The notes below the pieces were generated by a model, which was not told where the DNA came from, did no database searches, and saw nothing but the letters and a program-made list of their open reading frames with translations. Of a stretch of DNA of 59,249 nt, positions 1-12,977 are shown one piece after another. Each line of letters begins with the position of its first letter. The stretch's first letter is position 1. The translations under genes and the position numbers were made by a program. Where the stretch lies: contig JALMLS010000581.1 of assembly GCA_038496445.1 (NCBI GenBank), positions 1 through 59,249 on the forward strand. The letters are read 5' to 3'. The stretch comes from Trichosphaerium sp. ATCC 40318 (taxonomy: Eukaryota; Protista; Tubulinea).

Positions 1-161
1 AATCTTGCTAGTTCACTTATTGAACCACTAAAGTCCACTTGGACATGTGTTTAAATCACGTGATGTTTAGTCATTCGCCAAAAAAGTGGAATGTGGCTTT
101 TTCCACAGCTTCAAAGCGTCGCCTCAAGTCAAATCCAAAAAATAATACAACAAGTTTAAGT

Positions 162-1086
162 TTATTTATCACATACAAAGCAACGCTGTAAATTAGTACA
201 GTTCACTATCTGTGCATCATTATTAATAGTAAAGCCGTCTATTTGTACTTTACAACTTGATGTCCATACAAGGATGTAAGAGCACAATGTAACAATAGTA
301 AATAATGCCATCAAAAGAACAGCTGTTATATAAAACAGTGCACCTCCTTTACGTCTAGTACAATTGCAGTCCTTTTTTATCATTAGACTTCTATTACTTG
401 TTCTAGTTGGTGTAGGTGTATCTCTGTCGTATCCTTCAAAACCAGACCTCTCCTGGTAGCATGCAATAGCAGACAAACCAAGAAGAAGTCTCAGAAAGAA
501 AAAGAACCCTGTTAGTATAGCTAGTACTTCTTCTGCGTCAGATGAACGTAGTTTCATTGTAAATAGTACAATTGAGAAGCAGACAAAGAAGAATACAGCG
601 AAAAAGTCGTGTACGACTAAGAAGAGTACTTGTCGCCTAAAGAAAACGTTATACGCCACTTAAAGCTGTGTAAATAGATATCAGCACAAACGCGTCAAAA
701 ACGTACCAGTCTGCTTTTGAAACGGAAAAGGGAGCGTTCAGGAACGCTAGAGCTATCAAATACGCTGCCGTTGCAATTACAGCTAGTTCTCCTTCGAATT
801 CAGTGTGCGCATATACCTCTCGTATGTGGAACACTTCTGTTACTAGCACAAGGACTAGTATTGTAGAAATATTATTTATAGCAGCTATGGAGTCTGAGAA
901 CTTAAATCTACCGATCACGCGTTCTCCCATGCTTGAATTACACCCTTGTGATTATGTTGTCAGAAATTACGATAATAACAGTAGAATATTGTAATCAACG
1001 TTGCTATGTACTACCGTAGCGCTTGAGACAACGTTTACGCAATTCAAATACTTAGAGAGAAGGAAGATAACAAACTAAGTATGGAA
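162..1086 (-). CDS. Multi-pass membrane protein, unknown function (multi-exon; start uncertain)
   Basis: Hydrophobic ORFs 649-930 and 162-659 join through a GTACGT...TTTAG intron (~705-637). Several TM-like segments and a Cys-containing C-terminus. Confidence 0.55.
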
Positions 1087-1281
1087 ATGCTAGAAATACG
1101 TTTTGATTGCGTAATTCAGTGGTTTGGGGTGGAATCGAACAATTACGTACTGTTTTTTAGTTAATTAATAATATAATAGATAAAACGCAGTGATTAGCCT
1201 GTACAAGTACTGGGGAGCTTTTTCGAATGTTGTATTGACTATGCTTGACATTACACTATTGTTCGAATCTACTGCTGTTAA

Positions 1282-2574
1282 ATGTCATTTTACGACCCCA
1301 ACCGCATAAACAAACAAAAGGCCTATGTTCTACCAGATAATTACTTGCCAGTTGAACATGTAAAGAACCCTGCTAATAACGCTGACGTGTGGCTCGTTGG
1401 TACCAACCACATTGATCCCCTCTCAGTAGAAAACGTCATTCAGGTGCGTTTAGAATAAAACGTAATAAAAGCTCATTACATCAAGGTAATACGCGCAATA
1501 AACCCAAAAATGGTGTTTATTGAGTGCCCAGCGGGAATGGCAAGTTTTTTCGTACAACACAAGACTGTACGTAAACAGATAGCTTGGTTACACTAACACC
1601 TGTAGTGGCCACCAGTAGAGCCACGTTTACAATGGCAGATTCCACTGACGTCATTAAGCTATTGTTTCTTCTACCAAACGGCTATACGAGCACGTCATCC
1701 ATGCTAGGCGTATAAAAACTAAGTCTTCTAGACTGGCAATCTTGGTGGAGAGTTCAGAGCAGCAGTTGAGGAAGCGTACAAACGCGGAATTTCTTTCAGA
1801 GGGATGGACCGCGACAGTACGATTTTTTTGCAGCCCATAAGAGGTTAACATTGAATAGGAGATATTACAAGTGAACGTTTATGGAGTTCAGCAAAGATCA
1901 ACCAATCTCTTAAGTTTCTTAAACCACAAACAGGTATTTTTGGACCGATTTCATTTGGTGAAAGGTGTGAATATCTTGCATCGATACCACGGGTTAAGTG
2001 GTATTAACCCCTTCTTAGGTATGGATTACAGTGGCCTACAGTTAATGACTGGCGTATTTGTCGCTTTGGAGCGATCCACGCTGACCCAAACCATATTAAT
2101 GATTTATCTCTTGGTGAGGAGAATCTTAAACAAATACCTTCTATATCAAGGCCTTGGGTATGGGAAAGAGATCGATATATGGCTAGCGTGATACGTGGTT
2201 GTAAAGAAGATAAGATTGTTGCTATTTGTGGTGCATTACATGTTCCTGGTATAAAGAGAGCTATAGAAAAAGACAAGATTCCTGTTAAGAAGGTGCAAGC
2301 AGAGTTGAATGAACTACCGAGTTCATCAACGCCAAAAATGTTTAATATGTTCAAAATTGGATGTATCATAGCAACACCTATGCTTGTATTGAGTTATGGG
2401 CTAAAAAAATTAACAACAAAGTTTCCAGTAGTTGGACGTTTGGGTACGCCTTTTTTTTGTTTTCAAATGAAGAATCAATTTTTGTTTACCTTTTTCTTGT
2501 TAGCTGTTGTATCTGTATCATCCTTTATATTATGGAGGCTTTGCTTAAACAGTAAAAGAAAGACTCTCATGTAA
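1282..2574 (+). CDS. TraB/PrgY family protein (multi-exon)
   Basis: Spliced motifs VWLVGTNH, PKMVFIECP, GGEFRAAVEEA, MDRD and ERDRYMA...KIVAICGALHVPGI, plus a C-terminal hydrophobic segment. Confidence 0.85.
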
Positions 2575-2743
2575 CTATCCGAGCAAATTTTACATTCTCT
2601 GGGAGGAACAACATGTTCAACGATTGTAAATATGAATAAAAAACAAATGTAAAAAAGTTCCGAGACATCCAGACTGAACGTAGTTTATTTAAGCAAAGGC
2701 GCTCGGATTTACGTTAATAGCATAGTTATTACATGTGATTCAT

Positions 2744-3691
2744 TCAATACTCTTCCTTGTGTTTGACCCATGACATGGACGCTAGAAAGTCAAGTTAAAA
2801 AAAACCTGTCAAAAAAAAACTGTACACTTACCATGACCTTTCTGTTCATCACGACCTTTAGGTAATAAGTCGATCCATTGATAAGCTCCGTTTAGGACGT
2901 CAACACCTCTAGCAAACGTTGAATACGTGTGATACACATTACCCCCTTCCTTGTGAAATACAGACCATCCAGGCATTTGAGTTACGAACGCTGGACCTTT
3001 TTTAAAGTTGTAAGTTATGTCCGATTTCTTTTCAACTTGGGTCTTTTCACATTCCACGTTAAAATCTGTATTGAATGAGGTCTTTGAAGAAGATAGCATC
3101 GGAAAAGTCCAGGATTTGCTTTCATAGAAAGGTTTGAGCTTAGAAGGAGGAGCCTAGGATAAACTTATCAGTTTGTTGAAGACCGAAAAGTTATTGTACT
3201 TTTGCTACAACAGCGAAGTTAGCTTTCTGCAAAAAATGTGGCAGCGGTCCGCTGTATCCTAGTTTAACCCTATTAAATCGAAGCGTTGAATAGTCGATCA
3301 TACCATCAGCCCAGAAAGAACAGCTCTTACACCCTTTGTCCCACTCTGGATCGAACATAAAGTGTACAAGAATCAAGTCTTCTTTCCCGTTTTGAAATCC
3401 ATCAAAAAGTTGTGACAACTTGATCTCCTCGCCGTCCAACGTTTGAAACGCATAGTCAGTATCTAATTTTACCCAAGGTAATTCACGTCGAAGACGTGCG
3501 ATGTCGTCCTTTACCTACAAACCACTCAGGAGTTGAATAAAATAACAATAAAAAAAACCGCCAAACAAAAAACCTGTTGGTGTTTCCCGCGTTTTGTTTG
3601 ATTGTACCTTTGAAAACTCTTTTTCCTTTTTCAAGAGTTCCTTACGTTTATCTACCCAGTCCTCAGCTGAAACTACAGGATGTGATGTCAT
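2744..3691 (-). CDS. DUF899 thioredoxin-like family protein (bacterial-type, with introns)
   Basis: RKELLKKEKEFS...RRELPWV, HFMFDPEWDKGCKSCSFWADG, FNTDFNV, PGWSVF, VYHTYSTFARG, WIDLLPKGRDE and terminal SWVKHKEEY*. Confidence 0.9.
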
Positions 3692-3809
3692 CAGTACTAT
3701 GTTTGAATGATTGTGTGTGACAGATTTGCAGTGCAAAGACCCGCCGGATTGTCCGCTTAAAAATACTTAGTGTATATTCACGAAGGTAGCTACCTTTGCT
3801 ATCTTTCGA

Positions 3810-5540
3810 ATGAACCATACTACGATCCCTATTTCAACTGACAATACTTGTCAATCTTTAAAATCAATTTCAATAGAATGTAATACCTTCAGCGAACTTT
3901 ATAACACGTGTACTGTTATGCCCATGATGTTTACCAGTATTCTTGCGTCTCAAAGGACACGATTCTCAGAAATCCTCGTCTACCCAAAAAACGTGTTCCG
4001 ATTTACCACATGCAGCGAACCGTCATGTAATCTGTGCTTCAACAAAGAATCCCCTTTGTAGGGAAGTCCAGTTTATGCTTACGTAACGAAAATGGCGGTA
4101 AAAGTACGAATTTCGATTCACTTACTTTGGTAGGTTAATAATTGCGAAACAGTTTACTGTTAGGGATAGCTGCGAATAACTCTGTCGGAATACGAATGTT
4201 GACGCTCCACAGAATCCTATTCAAGGGTTTGTTGCTCAATTTGAGTACATGGATTTATTGGTTACGCTCAAATTGCAGCTCAGGAATAGCGCGTCCCATT
4301 AATAGACAATATAGAAATCACGTAGTTTTGGTTTTGTATTGTTGTTGTTTATTGTGATCCAAGGTTGAAACTAGAAGACGAAGATACTTCTCATTGATAA
4401 AATAAAATTACAGGACCTTATGATCAGGACTACGAAAAACTAAACAGTTACCAGAAGACCAAGTTATAATCGATAAGGTACCTTAAGAATGTTATTCCAT
4501 CGAAGGATGTTGCACACAAGAAAGAGCATTAGAACTTACTTTTGGAAGCACGTACGAATTGTAGTCTACTAAATCATGTAATCTACACGGTGTCTTTAGG
4601 TAGTCAGAACTCAATAAAGCTGTTTTTGTTCATATTAATTTTTTCTATTTTTATTTATTATTGTGCACTCTTCTAATATCTCATACCAATATATTGCAAT
4701 CACTTAAGGACGCCCTTAAACCCCTGTCTCACACAATAACAATAACAAAAAAAAAACTCGAACACTGCGTACGTTTAGTTAAAAATACTAAAAAACGTCA
4801 GTGATTTTAACTCGTAAACAGACTTTTTTAGCTATCGTAGCGTTCACAAACATTCTATAAACATCCTTACTATGTCTTACTGTTTATATCGAGAAGTTCC
4901 TCAATTGTCGACAACGAAATATGTATTTTACGATGACGCTTCAACTGCGAACCGTTTTCCGCTGTTTCCTCTTTTAGACCGAAGAATACTATTTAATATC
5001 AGTTACTGCACAACTTCAATACGAATAAACAAAATCAAAAACTCAGTTTATAGTAACACAACGCAGCAACTCTCACACGAAGCATCAGGTAAAACGTTTT
5101 ATATAGCTGTTTATTAACTTCAACTTAGATAACAATGAAGAACGCTACATTTGAACAAAGTATAACTCTTATCGACGAAGAGATGGGAAACGTTCTATCT
5201 ACTGGAAGAGATAGTAACAACGCTTTGAGGCAATACCAGGCACGTACGCATTAGAAATTCGAAGTAGCGTTTCAAGTGATTGACATGAGTTGTGTACATT
5301 GAGTCGTAACCAGGTTGCAGTGCTCCTGGGAGCTTCTCTGGTGATGCGAGAGGTACTACCCTTTACGAGAGAATACCTTGTACCGTTAGGTGTAAGTATC
5401 TCAAAGAATGGGAACTGGTTCTGCGCTAAGCATGATAATTGTCCGCTTGGTTCATTGGACAGCGGACTTGTTCACTTGTTGCTCTTGAGAAACGCGTCAA
5501 CTTCATCGTTTAAGCGGGAGAGTGTATCATGTGTCTAGGT
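3810..5540 (+). pseudogene. Fragmentary exon-like segments with in-frame stops; possible degraded gene(s)
   Basis: Donor- and acceptor-like sites and short coding-looking stretches (e.g. NGNWFCAKHDNC), but I could not assemble a stop-free model. Confidence 0.25.
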
Positions 5541-5669
5541 TCGGTACCTTCCAGTGGATGTCATAGATAAAAATGTGGCTTCGTTCTTCGACTTCTATTT
5601 TGAGGCTTTTCCTTTGGTTTTTTTTTTGAAGTTTGGGCTGCCCGGGAGATGCTACGCGCTTTTTTTTGC

Positions 5670-6222
5670 ATGTTTTCATTGTCAAAAACCGTCGACAAGT
5701 ATTGTTTTTTCGCGCCAAAAACAGTAGCATCTCGGCCTGAACAGAAAATAAAAACTGGAATACTTCAACTTTACAACGTGCTTTACCGCTAACGGCCTTT
5801 AGACCAAGTACAAGGCATTCCTCAAGAGAGTAACAGGGCTTCACGCTCAACTTCAAACAGACTACAACCAACTAGAGAACGAGTTTGATGCGCGCGAAGA
5901 ACAAGTGCGAAGCGATGCAATAAAAAGTGCTTCAGAGTTAGCAAAATGCCAAGAAGAGTCTAAAGCGAAAGACGAACAGATACAGATTCTAATAGACGAA
6001 AAGAGAGACCAAAAGAGAAAACTTGACGACTGTATCGCTTCAAATGCCGTGATGAAGGGAGAACTACTCCACAGTAGGAAAAGAATAAAGTTGATGTCTG
6101 CACATGAAGAAAAAATGGAGAATAACGTACAGGTGTTTGTTTTAGGTTTTGAGACACAAGAACAACGTCAAAACTATAAAGAAAATACCAAAGTGTACGG
6201 CGGTAAAACGGCCGCGCTGTAG
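5670..6222 (+). CDS. Coiled-coil protein, unknown function
   Basis: Open, heptad-rich E/K/Q/L exon from ~5803 (TKYKAFLKR...LENEFDAREEQ...KRKLDD). Confidence 0.5.
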
Positions 6223-6687
6223 TTAAAAATGTATCAACTCTTTAGAATATATTCAATTGTTTTCGTCAGTCTTAGTTTGATTAGACTTTGTCTTTTTCGT
6301 ACTCTATGGCACTATCAAAACTCTTTTGTTGTTGCTCATAACCCGTAATTTCTTCTTTTTTTCATAAAATCCTTAGTTGTCAACGTCTAAGATAAACAAT
6401 GTTAGAAATCTTCTCGGTCCAACTCTGCCCTTCACTTTCTACATAGCAAGCGAATTGGTCTGTCAGTAATCTGAAACTCTATTCCACTGCACTTCCTCTT
6501 TAGGTTCTTCACCTCCTTCACATCGAGTCCCAACACCCTTTGTAGTTTAGGAATGAAGTGTTGCGGTGGTGCAACATACTTCCACAGAACTATGATTTTA
6601 ATGATTGCATCGCTTTTTGTGCATAATTGAAAAAAAAACAAATCCAAAGACTGATCAGCTGATATTCGCATAACAAAGTATCGTATT

Positions 6688-8560
6688 TTATTCTACTACA
6701 TCAAGGTGTTTGGTAACAAAAAGCTGTTTTCTTGCAAGAAACAACCACCAGCTCATTTTGAAGTTTTTGTCAAAACTTAAGGCAAATATAAGGTATACCT
6801 GCATATTACTTGTTAGTATCTTGCATTTTGTTATATTGTTAGAATCATACCATGCTTTAACTTGAGCTTCAAGATCAGTTCTACTGAACACTACTTTAAT
6901 ATCAGGTCTCTCATATCGTAATTGAACAACAACATCTTCTTTACGAGCATAATCTGGATCACATCCAACAAATATATGAACCCCTTTCTCACGTGAAAGT
7001 ACACACCATTGTCCAAGTTCAAACAGAGTGATAGGACAAAGCGTCTCATTTGGAAACCCTAAAAGAAAGAAAAAACTTAGAAGAAACTCTTTGTTGTCAA
7101 CAACATTCCATGACTGCAAACAAATACAGGTATAAATGTATAAAATCAAATATTGCTAGATAAGATTTGATAGGGCGAGTTAATACGCAACGATGAGAAC
7201 GGTGAGTTGACCAAAAAAAAAGTGTAAACCGACAAAACGTACAAAACATAATAGCTGTTACTTTGCGCAAATGAGCATATTCCCTTATAAATGTAATAAG
7301 CCATTTGATACACGTGTGATGGTTGACTCCGTGGCGTACCAGTATATCTGCTTCGGTGTTTCATCCAAGTTACTAGTATCCTAACTTGAGTTAAAGAGGC
7401 AAATTAACGAGCAGTTTAAAAAACACCGTACGAAGTTCTCCCTTCTTGGATTCACAACAACAAGTCTAGGACACCCTTGATTTAAAGACTCTTTCATTTC
7501 TAAACCCACATCAATAAAGAAAAAGGTCAAACGATTTACCTTTTTGCCAGTCCACACAACCTGAGATACCACCTCCAAGAAATATTGAAAGCCCAATACC
7601 GTCATAACTAAAACATGAATAAATAAGCGTTGTAGCCATATGTTGTTAGTCAAGCCTCGTACTTGTCTAGACATTCTACATAGTTTGATGAAGGCACTGG
7701 AATTTTGTTCTTCAAAGATAATTCTTGGTACTCTGCATACCACTTGGACTAAAAGAGAAAAACTTAGTATGTCAAAAAAATCACGTGCAAAAAAAATTCA
7801 TTCCTCCTTGTACCTCTACATAGTCTATCCATTTACCCAATACCAGCATAGAAAATATTGAAGCGGCAACTTCCTAAACGGAGGTAAGTACACTGAGTTT
7901 ATTGAAGTCACTGGCTGATAAAAACGGTGTTTTCAACAGGTGGTAAGAAATTGAATGATTCGAACTCAAAACAAATACAACCAGTTTTTGACCACATTTT
8001 TCTTTTAAAGCGTACATCAAATATTTCAGGTGTAATGTCTTGATTGTTTTCATAGGCGGCTACAAGTTGTTCACGAGACATACCATCGATGTTTACCTGT
8101 GACCAAGTAAGTATCTATTGGCTGTTATTAACGATTTCTAATACCTCTCGTTCGGAGTCCACGCGTATGTATAAGTCTAAAATGCGCTTGAATAATGCTC
8201 TCCTACTTTCTGGTGTGGAGCGTTGGGCCATTTGTTTAAATTCGGTCATAGCCGCCCATCCGTCATACATTTCATCACAGAGACTGTATTGAGGTAGTAA
8301 GACGCATAGATAATACATTCGTACTGTTTTACGCAATAGCGACGGAAACATGCACCTCCAAGCGGTTTCGTAAGGTGGACTCGCATATCTTGTGGTATGC
8401 GCCATTTGGTTGCTATCATGGTCAGTTTTAAAAAGCGGTTGAGTTTCGTACGTTTAGCATTAACTGGCGCAAGCATATAGTACGCCAAAGCGCCTCCAGC
8501 CAAAGTAACAGCCACTCCGGCCAAAGCAAGTGTAGAGGTAGCTGTAGATTGCGACAGCAT
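6688..8560 (-). CDS. N-terminal TM anchor + RGS domain + nucleoside 2-deoxyribosyltransferase-like (Nuc_deoxyri_tr2-type) domain
   Basis: RGS: KPLGGACFRRYC...DEMYDGWAAMTEFK...YIRVDSERE|VNIDG...PEIFD|EVAASIFSML...SKWY. NDT-like: IFLGGGISGCVDWQ...VVVNPRR...QIYWEYAHL...IMFWFPNETLCPITLFELG...IFVGCDPDYARKEDV. The 3' end is approximate. Confidence 0.8.
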
Positions 8561-8702
8561 GTTGTTTTATTTGTTAATAGTGTTATTGAATGAAGCCTTG
8601 TACAACAAAATCTTCACAGAAGATTGAGCTTTAGGCGTGAAAAATTTCACCCTTAAAACTCCAAGTCAACCGTTTTAGTTGCAACTGAAAGTCTAAAAAG
8701 AA

Positions 8703-9992
8703 ATGCGAAACGCACTTGTACTATTATGTACCCTCGCGTACTTTACGCTTGTAAGTACTCAACTCCCAGGTCCTGAGGACTGCTTCGATGAGACTAAATT
8801 TCTAGTTAACGCACGATACGATTTAACGCACATCGGAATTGGAGCAACAACTGCTACAGATATTAGTTGTTTACAGGCTTTTAGTACAACAGAAATTTAG
8901 TAATTACTCTTTACTGACGCAAATCAAGACCCTGACGTCTTTCCATTGCCACCAGCACTTGGTGATGCAGACATACCGCGGCGATTCATGCGTTTGCCTG
9001 CACCAGCAGCAACAACTGCGTTCGGTAACTTTGAAGCAGCAGGCGGTCCTGCTACTTTCATTACGTTCGAGACGCCAATTGGCGGAATTTTTGAAGTTCA
9101 GGCTTCAATATCGCTAGAAATGCAAGAGGTGGGAAATACGAACAGAAGATTTAGACTTTCAGTACGAAATGTGAAAAGAAGTATGTTATTACTCACCACA
9201 CTTCGTAGCTGAACTTTGACGTCTTTAACGATGGCGCATGCAACAACCCAAAACCGTCGTTGCTACTAGACGTAAGTTATTATTTATAGTGACCTGTCAA
9301 ATGTAAAATAGGAACTATTGTTTTCTGATGATTGTAATCCTTTTCCTGACGATCCAGATCCATCAATAGCCTCTTGTCACGTCTGTTTCACAAATGTAGC
9401 TGGAACAGCAGAGGTACATAGCTAACTTTGTAACGTTTGCAATTGGCTGACACAATTAAGTCATTAGATGGTTCAGGAGATAGTTATGCACTATCTGGTC
9501 GTTTCGACGCTACTATTGGGTACGGAACTAGTCTTGTAGGGGTGTTTACTTTGTTGTAGATACGGTGGCGGCGATATTACTTTCAGGAATTCAATTGGTG
9601 TTGTATTAGATGTTTTTGACTCTGACGGAACGAACATAGGTGTAGGACAATTTTATGCTTCCTATGGTGCGTGCATTAATGATTTAGTGTTTGGTTTTTT
9701 TTTGAATTAAATGTTGGCTGTAGAGGACGCAACAATACAACCACCAACTACAGATTGTCATGTTTGCTTAAATGGTACGTAATTTTTTAAGTTATATCCA
9801 ATTGACTCTGTGAAGGAGTTGGAGTTACTGACCCAACGTGTTCTGGGCGTGGCATCAATATTAATGGAGCATGTTATTGTTCGACTGGATTTATAGGTAT
9901 GCAATAAAAAACACACGCATGCTATTCTGAGACTAACATGCAAATACTACTTAGGTCCTAGTTGCGAGTTTCTATGTGTTATTGTTGGATAA
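8703..9992 (+). CDS. Secreted protein with C-terminal EGF-like domain
   Basis: Signal peptide MRNALVLLCTLAYFTLVST. Last exons give CSGRGININGACYCSTGFI|GPSCE. Confidence 0.7.
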
Positions 9993-10114
9993 TTCAAAAC
10001 CTTTCAACATCACTATTCGTTTGTACAATAAAACAATACAAACAATAAATTATTGTTATTACTATGAATTATTCTGTACACTTTATCAACAACCTTTTTT
10101 TTGAAGGTACAAAA

Positions 10115-11506
10115 TTACACAAACGCACTGTAAATGTTTATTGTACAAATATGCATCAAGTGCTGTAGTAGGCACTCAGTCGTTGTTTTTAACATTAAAT
10201 TTCTCGGAGTAAACATGTACGATCACAATTAGCAGTCCCTTTACCTGAAACGCCTCGACACCAGCAGAATCCTGAAAAAAAAATACCATTGCCATTACAA
10301 ACAGGACAATCTAAGATGTTGTTAAATGCTGTAATCAAAAAAGCAATTTTTTTTTTTGCACATACCTGGTGCTTTAATGAAAGAATTACACTCTGTTTCG
10401 CATTCTGAGTCAGCTTCTGTTGCTCTTTTGTTGATAGCTTTTGTTGGTTCAACGAAAAGTGGGTTACCTATCGAAATTAGTATACAAACAAAAAACCCAC
10501 GTTGTGTGTAAAATTGTTGTACACCGACGTACAAGCATCAACGTCAAAAGAAATCCATGCAAATCTACCATATCTGTTGGCACTTCGCTCTTTCCATATA
10601 AGGTCCTCTATAGACCCACCGTAGTTTAAGTTACGTCCATTTGCTCCAACACCAAACCTAAACGGTTTTCTCGCTATTATTTCAAACTAATATCTGGCTA
10701 TCAGGTCTCGTTAAAATGATAAGAGCACGTACAGTCAACCCTCTGAATGGTCTATCAATTATATTACCAAGAGAATCTAGGGTTTCTTCATCATCCGCTA
10801 CCAACCGTCCTAAAATCTTGTCAACATCATTGGTTTCACTACTAAACTGTATTTTGATGAACTTGCCGCTGGCGATTTTAAAGCAAGTATGCTCTTCGGG
10901 TAGTTTTGATCTACAAGAACTACGCAAGCGCTTATCATCAGCTGTAGAGCATGATACCTTGTCAGATAAATGCAATTGTAATGTAAATCTGTGAAACAAA
11001 TGTTAGTTACAATTTTGTTCAGTACGGATTTCTACCTTGCAGCAGGGTTTTTTTTACTATTGCAATAGTCAGATCGATTGTTGTGTATATTATAACGATC
11101 TACGTACCTTTGTAGAATTGCTGTTAAGCGTGTGTAAAACCTTGTGAATACGTTACCATCTATAGCTATTTCGGACTTGACAACAGTAATGTTAGCGTTG
11201 CCTTGTACCTCTAGATCCCCTAAGTAGGATTCTGGAGGTGGAGCTCCTACATCCGTGTAAGCTACTCAAATAGTTAACCTCATTACCTCTAAGCAGCTGT
11301 AACACTGTGTTTGGTGCTCTGCCACCTTTTGTGCAAGAATCAACTTTTGGCGCAGATATAGAGTACACAGCGTTGTTGGTTAACGTCGTGCACACTAAGG
11401 TTGGTTATTAGTACACAATTAGTCAACTGACTTTACCTTCAGCATTCAGGCATAAGGCGAGGTAAATTATACCCAAACCAACCAGGAGAGAGGTATTACA
11501 TGCCAT
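10115..11506 (-). CDS. Secreted Cys-containing protein, unknown function (3' end approximate)
   Basis: Signal peptide MACNTSLLVGLGIIYLALCLNA, chained exons, and a Cys-rich C-terminus (CETEC, CPVC, CWC). Confidence 0.55.
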
Positions 11507-11608
11507 TTGGTGATTGTGAGCTGTGTAAATTTGGCTCAGCGACTTTTTTGGACTCGTACAATTCTCGAACGCCAATTGGACCATTACGCATGATGATATA
11601 ACACCTTT

Positions 11609-12853
11609 ATGGCAGAATTACGGATAAAAGGTACTTATAATCTACCCGCGTAAATCTTAATCATCACAGTTGTACAAGCGTCAAACCTCCTGGGAGACAA
11701 GAAAATTGTAGTTGAGGTAAGCTAAACTAAATATTTTTTACCTTCGCTGAAATTACTTCTTTTCTACCAGGTAACCGTCATTACTGGGCGCTCTAAGGAT
11801 GATTTCAAGTTTATAAAGAAAAAAACGAAGTGTAGCAGTGGCATGACAACTTTTTTGACTTTGTCCAATGATTACTGATTATCTTCATCGCAGGCTCTAA
11901 TAGTCCAGTATGGGATGAACAATTTGTATTGTACGTACTTGCTATAAAAGGTAGTAATATTTCTAGCTTACGACATCTCTAGTGATGAATCTGCAGGTTT
12001 CAGCGGCGTCATTGTGCGATGTTTCGCGAAACGAAGGCGATTAAAGAAGGCAAAGCTGCTTGGACTTGTTACAATCAAAGTAAACAAGAAATTATTGCTA
12101 GAAGACAAAAACGGCATCGGACAGCAGGTATGCCACCCCTAGTGAAAACCAAAATCCGTAATTTCTCACTGAGACTCTCTTTTCAAGTGGTTCCCGCTTA
12201 CATTACGTGGAAAAAAGAAAAAACAAGAAGAGACGGAAGCAGGAGAAGTAATGTTAGATATTAACATGATAAGTAAGTCACTAGTGACCCAAAAAAGCTT
12301 GTAATTTTTTTCTTACTTTCTTTAAACAGCGCCTGATAGCAAGAGAGATAGCTCTCATGTCGCTTTAATAATTCCTGAATCGCAAAGCGATGAAGAGCCT
12401 GAAGAAGGCGAAGAAACAAATCATTTTACAGATCATCCTCTTCGAGTTTCCAAAAATTGGGCTAGGAAAGATGCTGTTTTAAAGAAATCAATGTTTGTTG
12501 TCGTTGAAGAAGACTCAAGCACTGAGACTGACGAGCCTACTTTAGATTCTTTAGAAAACACATCAAAATCAAGCAGCACACTTAGTGTGCGTAGTTCACC
12601 AAATACACTATCACCAAAAAGTACAACGAAGAAAAAAAGATTATCCATAAATCTGCGTGAAAACTTGAGTAAACAAAGTACACGCAAAACACAAAGTGCC
12701 ACAGCAGTAAATACTGCACAGACAAAAACAAATCCCTTAAAACATCCAAACAAACGTAATTCTAGCCCTCGTTCACCTATGTCGCCCACAGGTGGATCAA
12801 AGCGTAATTCTACACCATTGCGTATGGCTAGTAGAAATGTACGACCAATGTAG
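11609..12853 (+). CDS. C2 domain protein with Ser/Thr/Lys-rich disordered tail
   Basis: MAELRIK|VVQASNL...SNSPVWDEQF...KLLGLVTI...WFPL...GEVML, then the low-complexity ORF 12491-12853. Confidence 0.75.
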
Positions 12854-12977
12854 ATAGTGCAATACCAAAACAAAGCAATAAAAAATGTACAATAGTTCAT
12901 CAAACTACGCCTGTTGTTCTCTTCAATGCAAGTTTCTTGGTACATGACATTCATGAGACATTAGTGTCTTCAAAGAA

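Noticed and set aside
1120-1200. tRNA suggested by a GTTCGATTCC B-box on the minus strand
   Set aside because: No acceptor, D or anticodon stems; the flanks are AT-rich and unstructured.
12433-12954. Long antisense ORFs (also 17311-17745, 40474-40806, 48591-48935)
   Set aside because: They are shadows of low-complexity or biased exons on the opposite strand.
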